Below, in pieces: positions 20,396 through 28,813 of a stretch of 37,728 nucleotides of DNA (position 1 is the stretch's first letter; each line of letters opens with the position of its first letter). The notes beneath the pieces are model-generated. The model saw only the letters and a list, made by a program, of their open reading frames with translations. It was not told the origin of the DNA and ran no database searches. This DNA is from Promethearchaeia archaeon (lineage in GTDB: Archaea; Asgardarchaeota; Lokiarchaeia; Sigyniarchaeales; SOKP01), in assembly GCA_046483985.1 (NCBI GenBank), contig JAWOCD010000003.1:1-37728 (forward strand), read 5' to 3'. A program made the position numbers and the translations under genes.

Positions 20396-20444
20396 ATATA
20401 TATTTTTCCTTTTTCTAATTTCTTATTTTTGAGAGAATTCAAGA

Positions 20445-20879
20445 ATGGATAATATTTATAAAATTCAAGAGAATTTATATATTGGAGCTTATTGGCCTCG
20501 CCTCAATTTTAAAAAGATTAAAAAAGCTGGAATCACCGCAATAGTTAACCTTATGGAGGAAAATCTTTATACGCCTCCAGATTGTTATTTATATTTATAC
20601 AAAGGATTTCCAGATAAGACATATGTGCCCCATCACTATCTCAAGAAAATTTTCACTTTTATGGATAAACATATAATAGAAAAAAAGGGGAAAGTTCTTG
20701 TTCATTGTGCAATGGGAATTTCTCGGAGCGGAGGAATAGTTGTGGGCTGGCTTCTAAAAGAGAATTTAGAATGGAAATGGGAGGATGCAATGGAATTTGT
20801 TTCTCAATCACGCAAGATTTATCCCGTAGTGGAGATAAAAAACTCGATTTTGGATTATTTGAATAATAAGAATCGATAA
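20445..20879 (+). CDS. Dual-specificity (Cx5R) phosphatase
   Basis: VLVHCAMGISRSG P-loop, NLYIG start, FPD acid loop. Confidence 0.9.
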   Translation: MDNIYKIQENLYIGAYWPRLNFKKIKKAGITAIVNLMEENLYTPPDCYLYLYKGFPDKTYVPHHYLKKIFTFMDKHIIEKKGKVLVHCAMGISRSGGIVVGWLLKENLEWKWEDAMEFVSQSRKIYPVVEIKNSILDYLNNKNR

Positions 20880-20983
20880 AATTTTTGACCAAACCTTATT
20901 ATTCTCTTTTTCCAATATTCTAGATGTGTCTAAAAATAATAGATTTATTTATTTAATTCCTTACAAATGAGAGTCGTAAGATA

Positions 20984-22132
20984 ATGAGCGATTATTGGGA
21001 TTTTAAAGCGGATAAGGTGAAGCGAGGTGATAATCTTCGGGATGTGTCGCCAGAGGCTGGCAGAACGTGGACCGATGAAGATGGATTTACCCATTACATC
21101 TTCAAGAAAAAGATGTTCCATAATCCTTATTATGATATTCCCGATACGGATCAAGAATTATTTGATAAGTTTTTGAAGGGAGGCTCTCGAAGTTATCCAT
21201 CAGATGGAAATATCCCGACTGATATAGCTGCACGGGAAGCGCGCAAAATTATAAGTTACATCGAGAAGATAGCCAAAGATAGAGATCATCAATATTACAG
21301 CGAAGCCCGGGCGGTGCTTAAAGGGGGAAGATTCAGTATGGTACGAGGGACTGTAAAGCTATATCTGGGAAAATATACGACCAGTGATTGGCGTCGAAAA
21401 AGATTTACGGATGATATTGACTTTTGGGTAAATAAAGTTCACCTCTTTAGACATGTCATGAAAAAATTGGGCTGGAGTAGGAATAAAGACACAAAAGAAT
21501 GGGAAAAATCCATTCGTTGGAAAAATCCTTTTACGCATAAAGAAAGAACTGAGACTTTAATTGCTGCCAATAACCTCAATCTTTCAATGGATTTTGGGGG
21601 AGGGAGTTATCTTGAGAGCTCATCCGTACAAAGCATTATCGCAAAGAAGATTAAAAGAGGCCATAACGTTGACCTCAGCGATATTGTAAACGTTGCAATG
21701 GTCCATAATAAAGCCGCAAAATACTGCACAGAAACGTGGGAACGGTGCTGGCAATCCATCGATGAAGCTGCAAATTCTAGAAGCACGCGGGTGATCTCGA
21801 ATTTGATTAGTTTATCCCTCTATTCCTACGCAATTGCGAGCTATATTCAAAGAGTGGGAAGAGTCTTGGTTGAAAGGCATAATCTGATATTCAATACTTC
21901 TCATTATCCAGATTCGGAACTTGAAGTGTTCTGCAGAGTTTCAATGGAATGGCAAGATTATCTAAAAACGCATGGTCCTGATCTAACTCGTGAACTTATC
22001 CATGAATATATCTTTGAGCAAGGATACCTTAAAAAATATTATGCCAAAAATTTAAAGGATTTCGCAGAGAAAATAATTACGTTAGTTAATGAAAAACTGA
22101 AAATGTTTAATGTGATTATTGAAATTGATTAA
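20984..22132 (+). CDS. Putative Pol-beta-superfamily nucleotidyltransferase (AbiEii-like motifs)
   Basis: FSMVRGT...RFTDDIDF (D144, D146), KKLGW, IIAKKIKRGHNVDLSDI resemble the hGGt / RxTxDhD / K..R..Dh.D motifs of AbiEii-type NTases. Confidence 0.6.
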   Translation: MSDYWDFKADKVKRGDNLRDVSPEAGRTWTDEDGFTHYIFKKKMFHNPYYDIPDTDQELFDKFLKGGSRSYPSDGNIPTDIAAREARKIISYIEKIAKDRDHQYYSEARAVLKGGRFSMVRGTVKLYLGKYTTSDWRRKRFTDDIDFWVNKVHLFRHVMKKLGWSRNKDTKEWEKSIRWKNPFTHKERTETLIAANNLNLSMDFGGGSYLESSSVQSIIAKKIKRGHNVDLSDIVNVAMVHNKAAKYCTETWERCWQSIDEAANSRSTRVISNLISLSLYSYAIASYIQRVGRVLVERHNLIFNTSHYPDSELEVFCRVSMEWQDYLKTHGPDLTRELIHEYIFEQGYLKKYYAKNLKDFAEKIITLVNEKLKMFNVIIEID

Positions 22133-22207
22133 TTCACTTCCACTTCTTCTCTAATTTTTCCAGAAAACGCAATTTTTAGATAATGTCTTTCATTTATTTC
22201 CTTAGAT

Positions 22208-24541
22208 ATGAAAAAGGAACCGAGAATATTGAACATTATTGTTGCTGGACACGCCCAACACGGTAAGTCTTCTCTTATAGAGAAGATCGTGGGCACATTT
22301 CCCGACAACTTGGATTATGAACTCATGCACGGCACCACAGTAAGTCTTAAAGTTATCCAATTTCATTTTGATGATAAAAATTTACTCATCAACTTCCTGG
22401 ATAGTCCGGGACATGCGGACTTCAAAGGCGGGATCGCGTTGGGTTTAGAGTTTGCCGATCTTCTTTTACTGGTTATTTCCGGAAAGGAGGGGTTTCAAGC
22501 CCGTACCTATTGGTTATATGATATTGCCCATGAAAAAGACATACCTATTGTAATTGCAGCAACTAAGATGGACCTCAATAATGCTGATACAAAAAAAATT
22601 CAAGATGTGCTTACTCAACTTGGAGAGAAGAAATATTCCATTATTGAAACATCTGCAAAGGAAGAATTCGGTATCAAAGAATTATTAGATAAACTTGCCA
22701 TATATGTGCCTGAACGTAAGAATGTGAATGCTGAATTAGAGTTTATCGTACTGGGATTTTCCCAAAGAAAGGGAATCGGGGACTTGGTCAATATTGGCAT
22801 CCTTTCGGGAACAATCCAATCCAATAAATATATCACCGAAAAAATTCGCATTCGACAGATCTTTTCATTAGAGGGAAAAGCCTTACAAACAGCGAGTGAG
22901 GGCTCAATTGTACAAATTTCTATGAATATCTCTCCCGACTTTTCCTTAGGGTCTAAATTTTATAAAGGCAAGATATTATCCCCGAAAATTGAAAGTTTAC
23001 TGACCGAGATTAACCCCCGAAAAGAATTTCATTTAAAAATTGAGGATCCCGTCAAGTTTCGAATTGCGGAAGAGACCTTGGAAAACCTAAAAAAAACAGT
23101 TCCCTCTTTTGATTATTTTGTCGAAAAAGATACAATTAATGTATTGGTTCTCGGCGATGTACAATTTGATTTCATAAAAGAAAATCTCGAGCAATTAATT
23201 GAATTTAAAATCCTAGACTCAAAGGTTAAGGGAATTATTACGATCGATAAGATGAGCAAAGGACGATATAAGTCAGCACGGGTCAAGGTAATTCCCCGAT
23301 TTCGCAAGAAGATGTCCGTCACTCGAAACGGTAAAAAAGCAACGGAACTTTATGATATCATCGGTGCCTCAGCCGCCTATGACGCCTTTCACCTTGATGC
23401 CATCCATATTGACATTCTCTCTGGAAAAAATGAAGATGATATCGCCCAAGCAATTGCAAAAGCAATTGAAAAGACTAAATTGGTCAAGATTTTTCCTCAT
23501 CAAGATATCATCATTAAAGTTGAAAATTACCACGAGATTTATGGCTTAATTGAAAAATATAATGCAGATATTCTTTATCAATCTCAATCGAATACATTCT
23601 TTTTACAAGTTAAAAACCACCATTTTGAGAATTTCTTTAATTCGTTGATGAAGATAAGTGACGGACAAGCCGAGATTAATCTGTTTAAATTTGATCAATC
23701 GGAAAAGATACTTTCAGTAGATCCTGGGACCCGACATATTGGATTTTGTATCTTGGAAAAAGGGGAATTACCCTCCTTGTGGTATGTAAATTTAAAAAGA
23801 AGCCTCAACGAGGATCGCGCTCATAGTGCAGCAAAGGCAAAATTGACCAAAGAACTAGATATGTTCTTAGAAAATGACCAAGAATTGATTACCCAGATTT
23901 TTATTGGCCATGGTCCCGGCTCTGAGTTTATGATTGAGTTTCTCATAGAATACTTTGGTATCTCTTGTGAAGATAATATCTGTATCAGTTCGGATCCTAA
24001 GGACATTTCAACCGAAAACGATTTTGAAGAATTGTCTGGTAAGACAGATTTTGGTGCACCCGACATTTATTTGGTGGATGAATTTAAAACCACTAAGGAG
24101 GCGCTCTATCACCTGCAGCAAGGCAAATTGGTGAACGAAGTGAAGTCAAAAGGATTTGTGGACCACGCGATCGCTTCACTACTTATCGCAAAGCGGGGGA
24201 TTAAGGGAGAGACTATTGAGATCAAGAAAAAACCATTACGCCAACTACAAGATTATGTAATTGAGAATTATTCGGGCACGCATTCTTTCAAGACCATTCA
24301 TAATATTGACGATTTAATTGATATAGAACCGGGCATGTACTTGCGCGTGAATGATTCCTCAAAATTGGATTCAAACTTGAATAACGGGGATATTATCCAG
24401 TTTAAAGGATTTGGCAAGGCTTTTCAATCATTTCAAGCGATTAATTTCGTGGGAAATAAAATCATTGTAAAATTTCAAGGGGATGTTAAAGTGAAGAGAG
24501 AATTCTTTGATGTTTTTTCGCCCGTAAGAGAGCGATTTTGA
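22208..24541 (+). CDS. Translation-factor-like GTPase fused to a YqgF/RNase H-fold nuclease domain
   Basis: G1 GHAQHGKS, G2 HGTTV, G3 DSPGH, G4 TKMD, G5 SAK; EF-G-like LGDVQFDFI and SLMKISDGQA; YqgF-like ILSVDPG, IGHG, VDEFKTTKEA and VDHAIA. Confidence 0.8.
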   Translation: MKKEPRILNIIVAGHAQHGKSSLIEKIVGTFPDNLDYELMHGTTVSLKVIQFHFDDKNLLINFLDSPGHADFKGGIALGLEFADLLLLVISGKEGFQARTYWLYDIAHEKDIPIVIAATKMDLNNADTKKIQDVLTQLGEKKYSIIETSAKEEFGIKELLDKLAIYVPERKNVNAELEFIVLGFSQRKGIGDLVNIGILSGTIQSNKYITEKIRIRQIFSLEGKALQTASEGSIVQISMNISPDFSLGSKFYKGKILSPKIESLLTEINPRKEFHLKIEDPVKFRIAEETLENLKKTVPSFDYFVEKDTINVLVLGDVQFDFIKENLEQLIEFKILDSKVKGIITIDKMSKGRYKSARVKVIPRFRKKMSVTRNGKKATELYDIIGASAAYDAFHLDAIHIDILSGKNEDDIAQAIAKAIEKTKLVKIFPHQDIIIKVENYHEIYGLIEKYNADILYQSQSNTFFLQVKNHHFENFFNSLMKISDGQAEINLFKFDQSEKILSVDPGTRHIGFCILEKGELPSLWYVNLKRSLNEDRAHSAAKAKLTKELDMFLENDQELITQIFIGHGPGSEFMIEFLIEYFGISCEDNICISSDPKDISTENDFEELSGKTDFGAPDIYLVDEFKTTKEALYHLQQGKLVNEVKSKGFVDHAIASLLIAKRGIKGETIEIKKKPLRQLQDYVIENYSGTHSFKTIHNIDDLIDIEPGMYLRVNDSSKLDSNLNNGDIIQFKGFGKAFQSFQAINFVGNKIIVKFQGDVKVKREFFDVFSPVRERF

Positions 24542-24647
24542 ATAATTATCTGAAACCTTTTAAAGACAAATCATAAAGAATTTAATTTCTCTTCAATTTT
24601 TCAAATCAAAATTATAAATAAAGTTAAAATTATAAAAGGTTTGAAAA

Positions 24648-25904
24648 ATGGGATTATCAAAAAAGGTGGCGCTTGTCGGTGCTGGGATGTCGAAATTTGG
24701 GAGACATTTTCCTGAAAAACGTAATCCTGATCTATGGGTTGATGCTTGGCTTAACGCTGTTGACCACGTTGATAACGGAATAGAACCGGAAGAGGTTGAT
24801 GCGTGTTACGTGGGGAATTTCACCGCCGACTTATTTAACCATCAAGGTCATTTAGGACCTCAGATGGCTAATTTAGTGGGATTGACTCCCAAACCCGCAC
24901 CACGGTTTGAAGGAGCATGTGCAAGTAGTGGTATTGCACTAAGGCAAGCGATCTTAGCTATTGCTTCAGGAGTGCACGATGTTATCGCGGTTTCTGGTAT
25001 TGAAACAATGACTGAAGTCCCGACTACTATAGTCACCGATGCACTTGCAGCTGCTGCGGATACGACCTTTGAATATCCAGCGGGTGCAACATTTCCGGGG
25101 TTATACGGCGCAATTGCAACCGCACATATGGATAAATATGGCACAACTGCAGGAGATTTGATGAAAGTAGCGATAAAGAATCATAAGAACGGAAAACAAA
25201 ATCCGTTTGCTCAGATGCAACAAACGATTTCAGATATCATGAAGAGCAAGCAAAGAAAGTACGAAAGCCAAGGGAAGAATGTACCAGACTGGGAGGATGA
25301 ATTAGATTTCTTAAAAAGTTCAGCAAACCCGTATATTGCTTATCCACTTCGGTTGTTTGACTGTTCACTTATCACTGATGGAGGCGCGTGTCTCTTTTTA
25401 ACATCTGAGGAGGTCGCGGAAAACTATACGGACGACCCCATCTGGATTGCAGGAACGGGGCAAGGAAGTGCTTCATTATCATTACATGATCGAAAACACT
25501 TAACCAGTTTTCTCGCTACGAGAGAAGCTTCCAGACAAGCATATGAAATGGCAGGAGCTGCCCCACAAGATATACAAATTGCCGAAGTACATGATTGTTT
25601 TACGATTGCAGAAATCTTGGCTATGGAAGACCTGGGATTTTATAAGAAGGGTGAGGCAGTTCAAGCTGTCCGAGCGGGTGAAACCGCACGCGATGGTGCT
25701 CTACCAATAAACACTTCTGGAGGTCTAAAAAGCAAAGGACACCCAGTAGGTGCTACAGGAGCTGGCCAAGCCGTTGAGATATTTAAACAAATGCGCGGAA
25801 TAGCAGAAAGAGATCGACAAGTTGATTTCAATGTCGAGCGTGCGATGACGCATAACCTTGGAGGCTCTGGAGGTACATGTGTGGTAACCATATATGAAAA
25901 ATGA
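24648..25904 (+). CDS. Archaeal/SCP2-type thiolase (acetyl-CoA C-acyltransferase)
   Basis: EGACASS, CSLITDGGA, EVHDCF, GGLKSKGHPVGATG, HNLGG. Confidence 0.93.
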   Translation: MGLSKKVALVGAGMSKFGRHFPEKRNPDLWVDAWLNAVDHVDNGIEPEEVDACYVGNFTADLFNHQGHLGPQMANLVGLTPKPAPRFEGACASSGIALRQAILAIASGVHDVIAVSGIETMTEVPTTIVTDALAAAADTTFEYPAGATFPGLYGAIATAHMDKYGTTAGDLMKVAIKNHKNGKQNPFAQMQQTISDIMKSKQRKYESQGKNVPDWEDELDFLKSSANPYIAYPLRLFDCSLITDGGACLFLTSEEVAENYTDDPIWIAGTGQGSASLSLHDRKHLTSFLATREASRQAYEMAGAAPQDIQIAEVHDCFTIAEILAMEDLGFYKKGEAVQAVRAGETARDGALPINTSGGLKSKGHPVGATGAGQAVEIFKQMRGIAERDRQVDFNVERAMTHNLGGSGGTCVVTIYEK

Positions 25905-25917
25905 GGTGAAAGAAAAA

Positions 25918-26337
25918 ATGTCAGAAAAAGAAATAACCGTTTACAATTACTTACAAGGCATAAATAATAAGAAGATTTTGGGTTCAAAGTGTAAGGAATG
26001 CGGAGCTCAATTTGTTCCCCCTCGAAAACTCTGTACCGAGTGTAATTCAACTGATTTGGAATGGATGGAGATGTCGGGGAGAGGAAAAGTTGTGGCATTT
26101 TCCGCAATTGGGGTTGGAACAAAATTCTTTGTCGATAAAGGCTATTCCATGAAAAATCCGTATTGTTTTTCGGTAATTGAATTAGAAGAAGGTCCAATGA
26201 TTTCGGGGCAGTTAGTAGGAGTAGATGAGAAGCATGCTGATACTATAAATGTTGGTATGCCGGTAAAAGCCAAATTTTTAGAAACCGAAGTAGAAGGGGA
26301 AGAGCCGCGGATTGATTTAGGATTTGAACCAGAGTAA
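25918..26337 (+). CDS. DUF35 family Zn-ribbon/OB-fold thiolase partner
   Basis: CKECG..FVPPR..CTEC plus OB fold; adjacent to the thiolase; GAGGTGA precedes ATG 25918. Confidence 0.9.
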   Translation: MSEKEITVYNYLQGINNKKILGSKCKECGAQFVPPRKLCTECNSTDLEWMEMSGRGKVVAFSAIGVGTKFFVDKGYSMKNPYCFSVIELEEGPMISGQLVGVDEKHADTINVGMPVKAKFLETEVEGEEPRIDLGFEPE

Positions 26338-26464
26338 GCAGAACTAATCACTAATCTTTCTTTCTTTTCTATCCATTTTTATTTATTCCCCAAAGTTTTT
26401 ATTACCGTAATATATGTTTTATCAAAGAATATTATAATTATCTAAAACTGGGTTTTATAAGTAT

Positions 26465-26812
26465 ATGTCTGATTTTGAAGAAAAAGTATTGGAAAGACTC
26501 GACAGTATCGTGGAGAAACTTGACCAATTGCTCAATGGCGAAACATCAAGTGAATTTAAAGAGTCTGCTGAGAGTTCAAGCGGTGACGAAGCAGAAACAG
26601 TAAAACCGTCTGAGGTAGTAAACAAGATGGAACAAGAAGAGCGAGAAAAAGAAGCCCCTCCAGTAAAAGGAAGAAGAATATGTCCAGAATGTGGGGAAAC
26701 TGATTTTAAAACGATTGAGAACAAGGATCGTGTACTACATCAACAAGGAGGCATGAAAATTTACGCTAAGAAGTATATTTGCAAAAAATGCGGACATACA
26801 ATGAAAAAATAA
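26465..26812 (+). CDS. Hypothetical protein with C-terminal zinc ribbon
   Basis: N-terminal short coiled segment, acidic linker, CPECG...CKKCG. Confidence 0.75.
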   Translation: MSDFEEKVLERLDSIVEKLDQLLNGETSSEFKESAESSSGDEAETVKPSEVVNKMEQEEREKEAPPVKGRRICPECGETDFKTIENKDRVLHQQGGMKIYAKKYICKKCGHTMKK

Positions 26813-26867
26813 GCGTTTTTTCTCCTCTTTTCTACATTTTTTATTTATTTTTTCTTTTATCATGGAC

Positions 26868-26911
26868 GGCAAAAGAAAACATCGTCCTTTAGGACGGTGA
26901 TGAATCTTGCC
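26868..26911. mobile_element. Solo IS200/IS605-type left-end-like hairpin
   Basis: GGCAAAAGAAAACATCGTCC-TTTA-GGACGGTG-ATGAATCTTGCC; same layout as the hairpin upstream of tnpA (outer stem, AGAA, inner stem, TTTA, ATGAAT). Confidence 0.7.
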
Positions 26912-26974
26912 TTAATATTACGCCAACAACTACATTACCTGAAAGATTTAAATAACCGAAACGTAATTAGATAA

Positions 26975-28813
26975 TTAAGCAATATCTTCTTCGAATGGGT
27001 CCTTGAATTGCATTTCATAAAGGTGTTTATAGAATTCTCCTTTTTTGATTAGTTCTTTATGGTTCCCTTCCTCAACTATTTGCCCGTTATCCATGACAAC
27101 AATTCTGTCCGAATTAATAATGGTTGATAACCGGTGAGCAATGGAAATACTTGTCCTTCCCTCCAATAAGCTTTCTAATGCTTCCTGTATCAATAGTTCG
27201 CTATAGGGATCTATAGAACTTGTTGCTTCATCTAAAATAAGGATGGGAGGATCTGCGATAAGGGTTCTGGCAAATGAAACTAATTGCCGTTGCCCTTCTG
27301 AAAGATTTCTTCCTCTTTCTCCCACTTCGGTATCATATCCTTTTTCTAAGTTCATGATCATCCCATGAGCGCTTACTTTTTTTGCCGCATTGATAATCTC
27401 ATCATCGGTTGCAGTTAATTTTCCGTATCTAATATTCTCTTTTACCGTACCGGAAAAAAGAAAGTTTTCTTGGAGAACGATGCCAAGTTTTTTCCGTAAA
27501 TTTTGCAATTGAATCTCCCGAAGATCGATATTGTCTAATGTGATTCTCCCTTCCGTTGGATCATAGAATCTGCATAATAATTTGATGAACGTACTTTTTC
27601 CCGCCCCAGTATAACCAACTAATGCCAATCGCTCCTTTCCTTTAATGGTTAAATTAATATCTTTGAGCACTGGTACTCCTTCTTCATATTCAAAGGAAAC
27701 ACCATCATATTCAATTTTTCCCTTTATTTTATCAGGAGGCGTAATTGCATTCTCTTTGTTTTGAATTGATGGTTCTTCATCCAATAATTTTACCATTCGA
27801 TTCCCCGCAGCAATTGAATTCTGGAGTAATGTAAAAAATCCGACTAAATTTATAAGTGGTTGAAAGAACATAAAGATATAGAAAATGAAGGCTACCAGTG
27901 TACCTTGAGTTATTGTACCCTCTCGGATGAGGATTCCCGCCGTGAAAAATAATGCTGCAAGTCCAAAAGTTATTATATATATGACTATAGGCGGAACCAA
28001 TGCCATAAGCTTTCCAGCTTTCATCGTGGTTTTTCTTTCATTCTCGGTTGCTTCAATAAATTCTTCTGCGTTTTCTCGCTCAACCGCAAAAGACTGGATA
28101 ATGCGCATTCCCAAAATCGATTCATTTAATTCACTTGTCACCGTGGAAACTCTTTCTCGCAATTCTTTGAAATAAGTTCGTGCTTTTCTAAAGATAAACC
28201 CACCAATCAGCAAAATCAAGGGAATTATCATGAAACTTACCAAGGTCAAAAGAGGAGAGAGAAAAAGCATAAAGATTACAGCACCAAAAATCAAAAAGAA
28301 ATTTCCCACGACCATGAGCAAACCTGATTGGATTAATTCTTGGATAGTATTCACGTCATTTGTTAAATAAGATATCTTTTTTCCCGCGGTTTTGTCGGGA
28401 GAATCGTGATAATCCAATCCCAACCTCTGAAATTTTTCGAATAACTCTCTTCTGAGATGATACATGGTAAGTGTTGCGAGCTTGGAAATAATATAGTTCT
28501 GGACAATTCTTGCCAAGACCCCACCGATGGTAAAGAAAAAGAAGAGGGTCCCTAAAAACATAACAACGTTAATATCACCTGTGGTGGCACCAATCCCTCC
28601 GCCTAAACCTTCATCTACTAAATCCCGAAAAATAAGAGGGGTGAGCCAACTGAAAATTACATTCATTGCCACGAATATTATGAGTGGATAGAGTAATCTT
28701 TTGTCTCGCTTAGCTGTATAATTTAAAAGACGTTTCACGATGTACCAGGATCGTTTGAAGTCAATGTCACGTTTTTCCTTCTCATCATCTGAATGGTACG
28801 GTTGGGAACTCAT
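26975..28813 (-). CDS. Heterodimeric ABC exporter subunit (TMD-NBD), TM288-like
   Basis: GYTGAGKS, degenerate signature LSEGQ, canonical Walker B LDEATS, AHRLS. Confidence 0.92.
   Translation of the reverse strand: MSSQPYHSDDEKEKRDIDFKRSWYIVKRLLNYTAKRDKRLLYPLIIFVAMNVIFSWLTPLIFRDLVDEGLGGGIGATTGDINVVMFLGTLFFFFTIGGVLARIVQNYIISKLATLTMYHLRRELFEKFQRLGLDYHDSPDKTAGKKISYLTNDVNTIQELIQSGLLMVVGNFFLIFGAVIFMLFLSPLLTLVSFMIIPLILLIGGFIFRKARTYFKELRERVSTVTSELNESILGMRIIQSFAVERENAEEFIEATENERKTTMKAGKLMALVPPIVIYIITFGLAALFFTAGILIREGTITQGTLVAFIFYIFMFFQPLINLVGFFTLLQNSIAAGNRMVKLLDEEPSIQNKENAITPPDKIKGKIEYDGVSFEYEEGVPVLKDINLTIKGKERLALVGYTGAGKSTFIKLLCRFYDPTEGRITLDNIDLREIQLQNLRKKLGIVLQENFLFSGTVKENIRYGKLTATDDEIINAAKKVSAHGMIMNLEKGYDTEVGERGRNLSEGQRQLVSFARTLIADPPILILDEATSSIDPYSELLIQEALESLLEGRTSISIAHRLSTIINSDRIVVMDNGQIVEEGNHKELIKKGEFYKHLYEMQFKDPFEEDIA

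Noticed and set aside
23705-24200. Nuclease domain as a TnpB/Cas12-like RuvC
   Set aside because: Contiguous compact D/E/D with the VDExxTT motif fits YqgF/Tex; no zinc finger or split RuvC, and no IS-end hairpin next to this gene.
22208-24541. Calling the GTPase canonical SelB, aEF-2 or aIF5B
   Set aside because: The domain order fits none of them; no diphthamide loop; the P-loop Asp is replaced.
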